A stretch of 63,021 nucleotides of DNA, counting the filler, from Nemertoderma westbladi (lineage: Eukaryota; Animalia; Xenacoelomorpha), in the NCBI GenBank assembly GCA_032718475.1. It is 3 parts of 3 records of this genome, joined end to end, with 100 filler letters (N's around TTAATTAATTAA, not from the genome) between each part and the next. Parts side by side here need not be neighbours in the genome. Positions count along the whole stretch, not along the records: positions 47,919 to 63,021 come from JAUCBJ010001584.1; 2 more parts are not named here. One strand, 5' to 3'. Positions 48,291 through 59,833 of the stretch are shown in pieces; positions within the stretch are counted from its first letter, which is position 1; each line of letters opens with the position of its first letter. The notes beneath the pieces were generated by a model. It saw only the letters and a list, made by a program, of their open reading frames with translations. It made no database searches and had not been told where the DNA came from. The position numbers and the translations under genes were made by a program.

Positions 48291-51200
48291 TTAATACCCC
48301 AGTTCTGTGAAGCGCTGGGTTGATGTAATGTAGATTTCTAGTGCCTCTGAAATAGCTCTGAGTATGTCCAGGTCCTGTCCTTGCGGTCCATAAAGTAAGT
48401 TGTGTAGAGTATAGTTGATGTTAAGGCTGGAAAGTACGGTAGTCAGTGCTATCCTGTGGGAGTCGTGCAGAGTGCATTCCATTAAGTAGTGGTAGGTGTC
48501 CTCACGTTGGTGTCCACAAGCGCAACTGGAGTCTGTGGCTATGTGGTTACGGTACATGTCATATTTTAGTACGCTGCAGTTGCGACGTAGTCGCCCAACT
48601 AGCCCATTGATAGCAACAGATCCTAACATGAAATATGGGTTTAATTTATTAACTTTATATCTGCCCTCCGTCAGTAAGATTTTCTTAAATATTTTTAGCG
48701 TTTCTGACTCAGTTACCTCATATGGAAGATCATTCCATAGAGAAACAGTTGAGCTTACAAACGAATTCTTTAGACATTCTGTGCGTGTTATCGGTAGTCT
48801 GTATTTATTCGTAGGTCTCAAATTATAAGGGTTGGCTTGATCAATACGCGGTGGAATGATTTCAGTTAGGTGATGTGGTAGGTGTCCTTTAGATCCCTTG
48901 TAAAAAATACTCAGTTTAATTAAGTCGCGGCGGTCCTGTAGTGTTTGTAAGCCCGATTCAGCGTACAGGTCCTCAGTGCGGCACGATATTGTAAGTTTAC
49001 ATATAATTCTAATGGCCTCTTTATTTATTAGTTCAAGTCTTTCTTTTAGATATTGTGTACAACCATCCCATACGGGACAAGCATATTCGAGAATAGGCCG
49101 CACAAAGGAGGTGTATAGCACTGAAAGAGCCCTTTTGCTAAGCTTGTATTTAGCAGCTCGCAGAAGGTTTAGTCTAGTCTTTGCTTTGTCAATAATGTTA
49201 TTAATGTGGGAGTTCCACTTTAGGTTATTTTGAAGTGTCACACCAAGGTGCTTGTGGTGTTCGACTTCAGCGATGGGAGTATCATGTAGAAGTAGCTGTG
49301 TGTATCCTGTACGTGGTTCTTGTCGGTGCGTAATTGTCATAGCTTCAGTTTTTAGTGGGTTGTAATCTACTGACCACATATCCCCCCATTCGCCAATTCG
49401 TAGTAAGTCATCATTAAGTAGCCGGCAAGCTACTTGTGGGTCAGTAACCTCAATGTACAACGAGGTATCGTCGGCAAAAAGTCTAGTTGGGTTAACCGTG
49501 ATATCAATAAGGTCGTTTATAAATATTAAGAAGAGTAGGGGACCAAGAACTGATCCTTGGGGGACCCCTGCAGTGATCGGTAGCCAAGGCGACATGTGGC
49601 CTTTGATCATAACGCATTGGCTATTGCCACTGAGGTATGATAAAAGCCACTCAAGTAAAGGGCCGCCAATTCCCATTCTACGGGCCTTAGTTATAAGGCC
49701 TGCATGGCTAATTTTGTCGAAGGCCTTAGTAATGTCAAGGAAAGCAATCTTGACTTCCTTTCCATTATCTAAGGCTGTAGATAATTCGTCAAAAAGTGTT
49801 ATGAGTTGGTAAGTAGCAGAATCACCAGGTAAAAAGCCTGACTGATTTTTATTTATTTTTTTAATTACGTGGTGCAGTATATATTTACTGACAATCCTTT
49901 CGAATAATTTTCCTAAAGCGCTTGTTAGAGAAATAGGCCTATAATTACAGCAGTATATGTTGGGGCCCTTTTTATAAACAGGTGTGACACATCTTTTTTT
50001 CCAATTTGTGGGATGGTGTTTTGATTTCAGGACGAGATTAAATAAATTTTTTAACTTTTCGATTATGACTGGACCTCCCATTTTGAGCATCCTGTTGGAG
50101 ATTACATCAACTGGACAACTTGCCTTAGCGGGGTTAATTGTTTTTAAGGCTTCCTTTACATCGTTAGATGTGATAGTAATTTCATTTAATATTTCAGAGA
50201 CGTCATCTAAGTTCTGGGCATCATGATTTTGGCCGACATTGCTATTAGTTGGGGCGGTTGCCTGATCAGCAAAATAGATATTAAAGAGTTCTGCCTTGTC
50301 TGCTGATGAACTGGCATGGATATTTTTATAATTTACTGGGGGTATTTCGTTAATTTTATTAGTTTGTAAAATTTTTTTGGTGAGTGACCACCATTGTTTT
50401 GTACTATGTTGGGTTGATTCCACTTTTTCTGATAGAGAATTAAAGTATTCCCTTTTTGCTTGTCTACAGGAGGATATATAAGAGTTCCTACTCATTCGGA
50501 AGTTGGCCCAGGCTACTTCGGAATTTGACCTCTTGGCGATATTATGATATTTTTGTTTTTCTTTTAGTAGTCGTCTGGTGTCACTATCAAACCAGGGCTT
50601 GTCATTGGGGCGAATGGTGACCACCCTGTTCGGTATGTGCTTTGAAGCAATTTTCATAAAATTGTTTGTCCAAGTATCAATAATTCCGTCAATGTCGTCT
50701 GGTCTAATGTCGTTAACTTCTTCCGGTATCTTAGCTAGATCAGTCTGAGTAAGCTCCCGTCGGAAGGATGTATTATTAGCGTGGCTGAAATCCCACACCC
50801 GTCGTTTATATGCTGGATCCTGGATCATTGTCAGCTTATATTTAAAATGAACTACCATATGGTCGCTGCTTCCATAAGGCGCCTCATGAAAGACATCATA
50901 GACTGAGCCGGGAGTAGTTGTCATCACTGGGCTTAATAGAGTTTTAGTTGTCCTTGTCACCCGAGTTGGTTCGGTTATGTATTGCGTGAGTCCTTGTCTC
51001 TGTATCAAAAATCGTAGGTTTATTGACGATTGGTGTATAAGGTAATCTTCGTTTAAGTCGCCGAGTAGTAAAATGTGTTGGTATTCAAGTGCCCGGGCCT
51101 CATTCAACATTGCATTAAAACTCTCCCAGTAAAACGTTACATTTTCAGGCCTGTAGCCTACTCCTATTAAAAATTTTTTGTTGTTAGCCAGACATTCAAC

Positions 51201-51746
51201 CCATAGTACCTCCAACCGGGGGTCAATGTTTTCTAGTGTAATTTTGCGTTCGCATTTTATAAAATTGGAAATATATAGGCATACACCGCCTCCATGTCTG
51301 TTTCTATCATTACGAAGAGGATTTTGAAAACCAACTATTTTCAAATTGTCATCATTTATACTGGTTTCAAGCCAAGTCTCATTTATAGCCAGTATATCAA
51401 CCTCGCTAGAGAGATTTGGCTTTATAAACTCTTTATTTAAAATTAAGCTTCTAATATTTGTCTGAGCAACTCTAATTGGACGAATAAATTCATTTGGGCC
51501 TGGGTTAGGTTGGATATCCCCAGCAATAATTAACAACAGCCGTAATGCCATATGTGGTATTGTATTTTCATTTATAAATATAAATATAAAAATAGCAAAA
51601 TTATTATGTTGGCAATTTTGTTTGTATTTTCTGTGCATAAAGATCATGGAATTCTTCCAATAGAAATAAAGATTCTTAACCATACATACATAATCATCTA
51701 CACACACACACACACGCACCCATAATACATACTGGGCCCAGAACAT
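48291..51746 (-). mobile_element. Intact CR1/L2-group LINE ORF2: 2A-like peptide, APE endonuclease, RT, C-terminal zinc finger
   Basis: 1151-aa uninterrupted ORF: AGDIQPNPGP; NIRSL, DILAINETWL, GGGV, GDLN, SDH (APE); NYRPISLTS, QSGF, FLDITKAFD, GVPQGSVLGPLLF, LFADD, HLGV (RT); CACG..ED..HYLMEC; real start may be Met at 51551. Confidence 0.93.
51495..51551 (-). other. 2A-like (StopGo) peptide variant MALRLLLIIAGDIQPNPGP
   Basis: Matches LLxxxGD(V/I)ExNPGP except Q for E; lies directly before the APE domain. Confidence 0.7.
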
Positions 51747-52094
51747 GAACCACCACCAGGATAGTGCCCTCCACCAGCCGTACCCGGTAAGCCTAATGTC
51801 AGTTCCTTACCTAGATTGAAAATAGGTGATATGAAATGAAGATGCGATCATGACTGAATATAAAGTATTATATTATATTATTTTGGTTACTACATTAATT
51901 AGTACCGGTACCCTTTTATAAACAATATTTGTATTACATGTTACAAGTATTATGAGGATGAATTATGTCAATATGAATACAGTATATACCGATAAGACAA
52001 GTATTTGTGAATTACTTAGCTCCAGCTGTAGTTCCCTCCAGGTTTAGTTTATTCGACTAATAAGTAACCATGACCGTAAATTGTCTCAAGTGAC

Positions 52095-55000
52095 CTACCC
52101 AAATTCGATTAGCAGCTGCTCATTCGTCGGCTGAGTACATAAAGCGATCGGTTCCAGGTCTGGCTCTGGAGCTGTCTCACCCGCTTCCAAAGTAGCTCGG
52201 CCGCTCGAATCCGTCCCAGGATGGCCGACCGGATCCGCCACACCTCGGCCGCTCGAATTCGCCCCAGCTCGGCCGCTCGAATCCGTCCCAGGATGGCCGA
52301 CCGAATCCGCCACAACTCGGCCGCTCGAATTCGAATTCGCCCCAACTCGGCCGCTCGAATCTCCCCCAGCTCGGCCGCTGCCGCATCCTTGTTCCATCCC
52401 ATCGCCTCTAGGTCTTCTGCATCCAAGCCATTATCCTCCGCCCACTCTCTTGGTGTTGCTTCCACTCCTAGCTCATCTACCGGCGGTATTTTTCTGGAAC
52501 TATCCTCTATCCTTCCGCCACACACCACTATGCGTGGTTCTAGATCCATACCCAACTCCTGGTATCCTTCCCCAGGCCGCTTCTTACATGGGACCTCCCC
52601 CTCGCATGTCTCTGGTTTATCCTCTACCTCCTCAACAGTGCCTGGCACCATGCACCCTGAAGTCTCGGACACACTGAATGGAATATTGGTTTTGATTGGG
52701 CCGCTTAGCGTCCACCCGAATGTTGTTAGAATTGCCATCGGGTCACGCTGTCTGTCTTCGCCGAAGACCGTCTGTAATCTATCGTGGGCCGTCGGGCAAT
52801 CCATTCCCACTATGATGGATACCTTCCTGACGTCCACCTCCGGTATCGAGAAATCGATGTTGTCCAGGAATCTGTATTGCTCGACCTCAATGTTGGTTGG
52901 TCGCCTGGCGTTTATGTTGATCGATTCTATCACCTGGATGGGGTCGATGGTCGCCCCATAGTCACATCCTGGTGCTATCGCTGATATCTCGCACCGTCCC
53001 GTCCTCATCTCCAGGACCTCATCTTTGCTGGAGATGGTTATTACCGCCATCCTACTTGGCCTCGTCTTTAGCCCTATCTCCTCGGCCACCGAATTCTCCA
53101 CCAACGTGAAGGCTGCTCCGCTGTCGACCAGCATCAGCGTAGTAACTGATCGACCACCTTCTCCTATCACCCTCACTGGCACTACCCCGAGTAGTACCGT
53201 TCCCCTTTTCTTCGCCCCTATGGTGCTTGTCGCCATTGTTTGACCTTTGCCTTGACCGAATCTTACTGGTGTCTCCTTACACTCTTCAACCTTGTGTCCC
53301 CCTATCACACATCTGTGACAAATTCCATTCTTATCCGCATAGGCTTTCCGATCTTGTTCGGGTAACGCCTGACAATGCTTACAGTCCATGGTCTTATGGG
53401 TTCTGTCTTTATGCAATTGACATTTGTATTCTGGGTTGTAACATTCCCTATATAACCCTACACGTATTGCGCGTAGGTTTATGTCTACCGGTTTAGTGTT
53501 TTGGTTATTTGAGTTTGGCCTACTGGGTGTGTTGGGGTTATATTTGTTCGTGTTGTTATTTTATCCCTGTTCGTGCCACAGTCTGGCCCCACTTCCAGCT
53601 ATCTGTGGACTTGCAGTCCCCTGTGTCGCCGTGTATGTTAGGGATTGTCTTAATTTTGGCAACGCATTTGCCACGTTATGCTCCGGTTTTGGCCTGTTGT
53701 ATTCGGCCCTCGGTGCCTTCCCCAGACTATCCTCGCTGTAGACTGGGTCCGTGATTAACTCTGCTTCGTAGTTGAGGAAGTTCGACATTTCCTCTAGGCC
53801 CGGTTCCGCACCTTTCTTCTCCCGGGTGGAGAAGGCGATCTTTCTCCATTTATTGCGCAGCCAGATTGGCAGTGCCTCGCTATCGTGGTGATATTGTTAG
53901 ATGCGTTGAGTTCGTATGACGCATCTAGAGTTTTCAACACATTTAACGCCTTCTCGACCTTGTTCGCGAAGGTCTTTATGCTAACAGGGTTGTCCTGTAG
54001 GCCACCCGTTGTTATACCCCTCAGGGTTTGCCGGATGATCTTGGCAGGGTGTCCGTATTCCCTGTCTAGGGCCCGCCATGCAGTCATGAAGCCACCCTCG
54101 ATGCCCTGATACTGCCTCACGATGTCGTACGCTGGGCCTCCTGTGTATACCTGTAGATATTTTAGGCACTCCGCCTGCGTCAGGTTTTTAGTTAATATCT
54201 CGTTGCTGTACATGCGCTGGAATTGCAGGTATTCTTCCGGCCTACTTCCGTCGAATTTAAATGGCTCTACGGGTGGTAGCCCGATTCTGGTCTTGAGCGC
54301 ATCGATTAGTGTAGCCATTCCCATCGCCTGTGCTTCCAATGCATTCGAAGGATGCGGTACAGATTCTCCCGTTGGGTGCGGTCCGCCTGTCCGGCCTGTT
54401 GACTTTCTTTGCGTCGGATATACCATCGGGGGTAACAGCCCCCTCCATATTTCCATGTCGCAAGATCTGTTCTCGTCCAGGGGGTTCGATGTTCTTATTC
54501 CTGTTTGAGTGTATTGTTGATACTGTAATGGGGGAATGTCACCCTGTCCCCCCCCCCCCCCACCGGTGGTATATTTGGTACTGGGGTTAATGTTAATATA
54601 TTGGGGCCCATACACCTATCCGCAATAACTCTCCCCTCCCCTGGATATATTTTATGTCCCTGCATATTATAGTCATATTGCTGTGCTGGTACTGGTATAG
54701 GCCTATCCACTTCTTGCCTACCTACCGGTATATACGCCGCGACTTCTGGATCTAATCCCATTGTTCGCACTACCCTATCACCTACACTATCTCTCCCAGC
54801 ATGGCCTATAGTATGTGCAGTAAGGCCTACAGTATGTCCTGCAGTCTGTATGTGTCCTTCTGGACCGAAGTTTAACCTTCTCGAATAATCCAAGAAGTCC
54901 TCCCCGCGACTACCGTACCCTCGATCGGCGGCTATATCCCGTCGGGAAGTTTCTCTTCGATCCCCTCTCCTGTTCTCGTCCTCGTACCGGTACGTCCTGT

Positions 55001-57813
55001 ACCCCTCTTCTGGCGTATAATATACCTTGCCAGGCTGCGTTTCTCCGGGGCGACGGCAATCTCCCGGAGTTCGACCCCACTGACTCTCCAACTCCATCTC
55101 TACTACCGACAGTTCGCTATCCGTCCTCTCTCTCCGGTCGCTCGTAGCGACGCTTCTTCTATTCTCTCCTCTTATTCTCTCTTCAGTGTAGCGTCCCCGT
55201 TCATGAGATCTCTCATCGACCTCCCGGTTAAACTCCACTGTTCTTCTTCCCTCTTCTGACTGGGCTCGATGTCTCGTCGCTCGCCCGCTCACGACGCAAA
55301 CCTCCCTCTCTCTAGCCGGTTGGACGCCGCTGGGGATATTTGTAATACCCTACTATTCTCCGCCGCCGGGTGCTGCGGTTCACCTAACTCGCCCCGCGCA
55401 TTGTCCGCCGACGCCTGCGGGACATTTTCTGCCCCCCCCCCCTCTCGCCACTATTCTCTCGTCGTGGGGTGCCCGTAGCCCCCCCCCCCCCCCCCCACTC
55501 GCAACCGATCACTCCACTATCTCTTACTTCGCTTCTACGTCCCTCCCTGGTCGACGCACTATCTCTACTGCGGCTGGGTCTATTCACCCCCGCCCCTACC
55601 TCTACCACTGCGTGGCCTGGCAGGCTCCCGCCGGGTTGCCTCACCCCCGCTGCTCCCTGCCTAACTACATGGCCTTGCAGGCTCCCTTCGGGGTCTCTCA
55701 CCCCCGCTACTCCCTGCGTACTAACTACGTGGCCTTGCAGGCTCTCGCTGGCCGGACCACCCGTGTCCCCTACATTAGTATTAATAGCCCCGTTATCAAT
55801 ATTATTTTCTATATTATTTAAATTATTTGGATTATGTTCTGAATTCGGATTGTTATTTAAATTATTTTGTATATTTAGGTTTGAATCGGGAATATTTTGC
55901 TCGTTTGAATTAAAATTATTATTTAGATTATTTTGCGTATTTAAATTTAAATTATTTGAATTACTTTGTATATTCGAATCTAGATTATTATTTGAATTAT
56001 TTTCTATATTTAAATTAGGGTTATTATTTTGAATATTTATGTTAGAATTATTTGGATTTAACTCGATTAAATTTGGACTTTGGTCGGCCAACTCTGCCTC
56101 CCTCGCCTCCTGCTCTCTACGCTCACTCTCTACTTTTGCCTCTCGCTCTCTACGCTCATTCTCTACTTTTGTCTCTCGCTCTCTACACTTATTATCCACC
56201 TTCGCCTCCCGTTCCTCGCGCTATCTAAAGTTTCTCGCGACCCTCTCAGCCCTCTCTTTATTCTCCCTCGCTAACTCTCTCTCTTTCTCTAACAACGCAG
56301 TTCCCTCACACAACTGCCTCTCTAATTCTTTCTGGTCTAGCGCCACCATGTCTACTGTCTAGTTGACACGCCAGATCTATCTCTAACATCCTTCTTGCTT
56401 TCGCGGAGGATGTAGTGGACTTATCGGTCACGACGGACTCCCGTCACCTCTCTGTCCTACTAACTTTCCCCCGCTTTCTGGGGTTCTCGCTAACCGATGA
56501 GACCGAATCCTTGGGGTTAACCTCGGGTTTGCCCTCATGCGGATCTGCCCAACCCACTAACTTAATTTCTCTGGCATCCACTAAATACGGCCCCACGTAC
56601 ACTATTTCAGGCTCCATAACCCCGGATCGCCACAGTTCGAATAGTTCAGTGGTGACCCCCCTCGCTCTCTCACTCGCCAATTCTCCCTGTCCGAAATGAA
56701 CTAGGTATCGGAAATGTTTATTCGACTCACCTAGTCGCTGGCTCAACTTCTCCTGATTTACCTTCTCTCCCTCTTTGGCCTCCTTCAATAGTTTCTTGAT
56801 GGCCCGTCGAAGCCAATCGCTGGTCCCGACGTCCTCTTCGCCGACATCTCCTCCTCCTCTCCTGGTTCGGCGTCGTACCGGCGGCCCCACTGTCGCCGTT
56901 CCGGTGGGCCGTCCGTCTCCCTCGGCCTGTGGCTGGCCGGCGACTTCGGTACTCCGGCCGCCGTCGTGCGTCGACTCGTCCCTTCCTCGTGGTAGACGGC
57001 CGCCCCCCGCTTGGGCTACCGGATCGTCCCTCGTCGGCGAATCCGGCGTTGCAGGTCGATACCATTGCGTCGCGGCCTCACGGATCGTTTGGTTGGTATC
57101 GTCCGGGGTCCGCGGCGGTGTCCTCTCTCCCTCTGACAATCGGGGCTCTCCTGTGCTCATCTCTCTGGCGTCTGGCAGTCACAGTTTGTAGTGGTTGGGG
57201 TAATCCTCACTGTGACGGAATCAAGGGATCCCGACTGGTTAAATTGACTACGCGTCACTGTGGTAGTGAAATAAAATAAGAGTTTGTTGTTATCTCTTTG
57301 ATACTTTGAATGTTAATACTGAATGAATGAATAAAATGAATGAATAATAGCACAATGAAGGTAGCGGATACTGACAGTCTCGATGGGTACCGGTATGTGG
57401 ATATATTGGTGACGGTGAGGATGGTCACCGGTCTGCACTAAAAGCCAATAACTGAATAACTGATTTACAGACCGGTAGTAGGATAATATATATATATATA
57501 ATTAGTCCTATACTACTGTGGCCTCTTAACCTAGTGGATGCTTCCCTCGCCCCTATTGGCTAATAATCTACTTCACGCCTCTCCCATCTCTGGGAGTGTT
57601 TCCCCCCTGCTGTTGGCCCCTGATGGTTGTTTCCTCTCCTGAGGTGATTTGACCTCTAACCTCCCTTTGTGTGGCTTTGGGGTTTGTGTTGTCCCCTGTT
57701 ATTGGTTGTGATACAAGATTGGTTATTGCCAATCTCGTATCTCCAATATTGCTGAAAAGGCGCCACTGTCCTAACTTTGTGAGGGTAATGCGGCGGAATT
57801 GAATCCGCTCACA
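52095..57813 (-). mobile_element. BEL/Pao LTR retrotransposon, 5' half (LTR, long N-terminal region, gag, zinc knuckle, aspartic protease); RT/RNase H/integrase absent
   Basis: LTR starts TGTGAGCGG at 57813; ORF 53794-54615 LPPVEPFKFDG...CLKYLQVYTGGPAYDIV (Pao gag, DUF1759-like); ORF 52109-53416 CHRCVIGGHKVEEC, VLLGVVPVRV, LVDSGAAFTLV, IIVGMD, TTFGWTLSGP; several frameshifts. Confidence 0.85.
57259..57813 (-). repeat. 5' LTR of the left BEL/Pao element
   Basis: TG...CA bounded; homology to 59834-60363 begins exactly at TGTGAGCGGATTCAATTCCGC; inner boundary approximate. Confidence 0.65.
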
Positions 57814-57958
57814 AACGATATGAAAAACGTGTTCGATATACGGAAAGCCCAGAAAATTATGCATCTAATAGGCTTAAAAACGCAAAATTGACCATTTGGG
57901 AACCAGGCCCCTTTTCTCGCATAAGGCCACGCTGATGAGACTGTCTGATTCGAAATAG

Positions 57959-59007
57959 GGGATAGGTGGAATTTGTGACAATACCTAAAAACGGTGACAA
58001 CAGTGAGTCACATTCAAAAAAATGGTTGACCATTATCAAAAATGACTACAAAGAATGTGAATAACAGTAAAACGCAGTCCTAAAAGTAATCATAAAAGTT
58101 TCAGCTCCGCATATTGCCGGCAAGTCACTGGAAAAGAGTCCAACATCTGGGTACAACACACAAAATGTCCAGACAACACTTTAAATCATGAATTCAGTAT
58201 TTCGCAATACAGTAATACTGCTTACCAGTTAGGCCTACAGTATTGTATATGTAGTTTATGCATTTCTTTCAACCATTGTCTGTCCTTCCGTCTGTTGGTC
58301 AATCTGTCAACGAATGTATGAAGGCTAATAAAGATTCTTCGATGGTATTAATTATATAGGCCAAGGTTAATATTGATACCCATATAGCCATACGCTAAGC
58401 TTTCGAACCATTGAGCGATTACACTGCTAGTTGTCGATGCAATGCATCCATCCTTCAATCATCATGCAATCCATCCATGCAATCATCCTTCACAACACAT
58501 GCGAAGTCTTCCTTCAGATTCCAGTATCCAACATATTCCAGGAGGAGTTCATCGGTACATATAGGATGGTTTGCAAGCTTGTACCGGTATCACTATTTCA
58601 ACTTTGGCCTATAATTAATTCCATTGAAGTTTATGTTTATTATCCTTCAAACATTCGGCTACAGATCGACCAACAGAGGGCAGGACGGACAACGATTGAA
58701 AGAAATACATAAACTTCATAACTACATACGCTGTAGGCCCAACTTGTAGTAAGCAGTATTGCAGAATACTGCATTCATGATTTAGAGTGTTGTCCGAACA
58801 TTTTGTGTCTTGTCCCTAACGTTTGACTGTTTTCCTATGAATTGCCGGCTTTAAGCGGAGCTGAAATTTGGTAGAATTACTTTTAGGACTGCGATCTACT
58901 AATATTCACATTGTTTATGGCTTTTTTTTGATAATGGCCAACTATTTTGTGACTGTGGCTGACTGTTGTCACAGTTTTTAGGTGTTGTCACAGATTCCAC
59001 CTATCCC
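57959..59007. mobile_element. Non-autonomous DNA transposon with ~260-bp imperfect TIRs
   Basis: GGGATAGGTGGAATTTGTGACAA... inverted as ...TTGTCACAGATTCCACCTATCCC; similarity extends to ~58220 and ~58760; no convincing TSD. Confidence 0.75.
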
Positions 59008-59035
59008 AAAAGTTCTTTAAATACTCTGGGATCAA

Positions 59036-59480
59036 TTAAGCTTTCTCAGGATTAACTATAGATTCTTTAAACAATAAGGGGACTGTGGCTGTTGGTAATG
59101 ATAAATTAATTTTCAGATCTAAAATAGGTAAGGGAACACCGATCGATAACTTAAGTAGATATGTTGTTAGGGGATCGTATGGACTCGTTTTCGAATTGGA
59201 TTCCTTGACCAATTTTTCAACTTCTTCCTCTGATACAGGTTTAAAATAATCTAGGTTTTCTGAACATGAACTGAATGGTGTTGGTGCACTTGACACAGAG
59301 ACAGGAGAACTCCTCCCAGAAGCTTGTGAGTCGGACAGGTAACCTGATATAGAACATGGCACAAGAAAACTTGAGACACTGTTATGATTTAGGGTTTCTC
59401 GAATAATTTTTATTTTGTTTTCAAAAAAATTCGAAAATTTATTGCAAGTTCTAGTTCAGACTCTTGTCCAGGAAAATTGT
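59036..59480 (-). mobile_element. L2-type LINE fragment
   Basis: FKPVSEEEVEKLVKESNSKTSPYDPLTTYLLK...INLSL....VP.LFKESIVNP, the region just before the RT of L2/CR1 ORF2. Confidence 0.7.
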
Positions 59481-59833
59481 TTCTATGGAGAACCGACTTC
59501 GCGACTCATCGTTCACGACTTTGAAGTTGTTTGAACTGTCGTTGAGAGTGTTTTAAGGTCACTGGAGTTATTTACAATAATCCTTCTATAATATATCCCG
59601 TTTATTGTTTTAGTTAGAAAAGCCCGTTAACCTGCTCCTTGCCCTCAATTGGTAAAATGATCATTTATTGTTCTGCCTCTGTAACCAATTCCTTTCCCTG
59701 TATTGTTAACTATATCGTTTTGGTGAAAAAACGGAGTGTTTTGCTGCAGGCATATGGAAACCGACTATCAGACTGTCAAGGAATCAATAAATTTTGAATG
59801 TTTTGGCACAGGCATTGTGAAATCAATTCTCCG

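Noticed and set aside
53400-56450. Programmed ribosomal frameshifts in the BEL polyprotein
   Set aside because: There are several breaks, at least one beside long G/C homopolymers; decay or sequencing error is the simpler explanation
57918-57961. Second hammerhead candidate CTGATGA-GACTGTCTGATTC-GAAA
   Set aside because: Core boxes are present but stem II has only about two pairs and stem I cannot be formed convincingly
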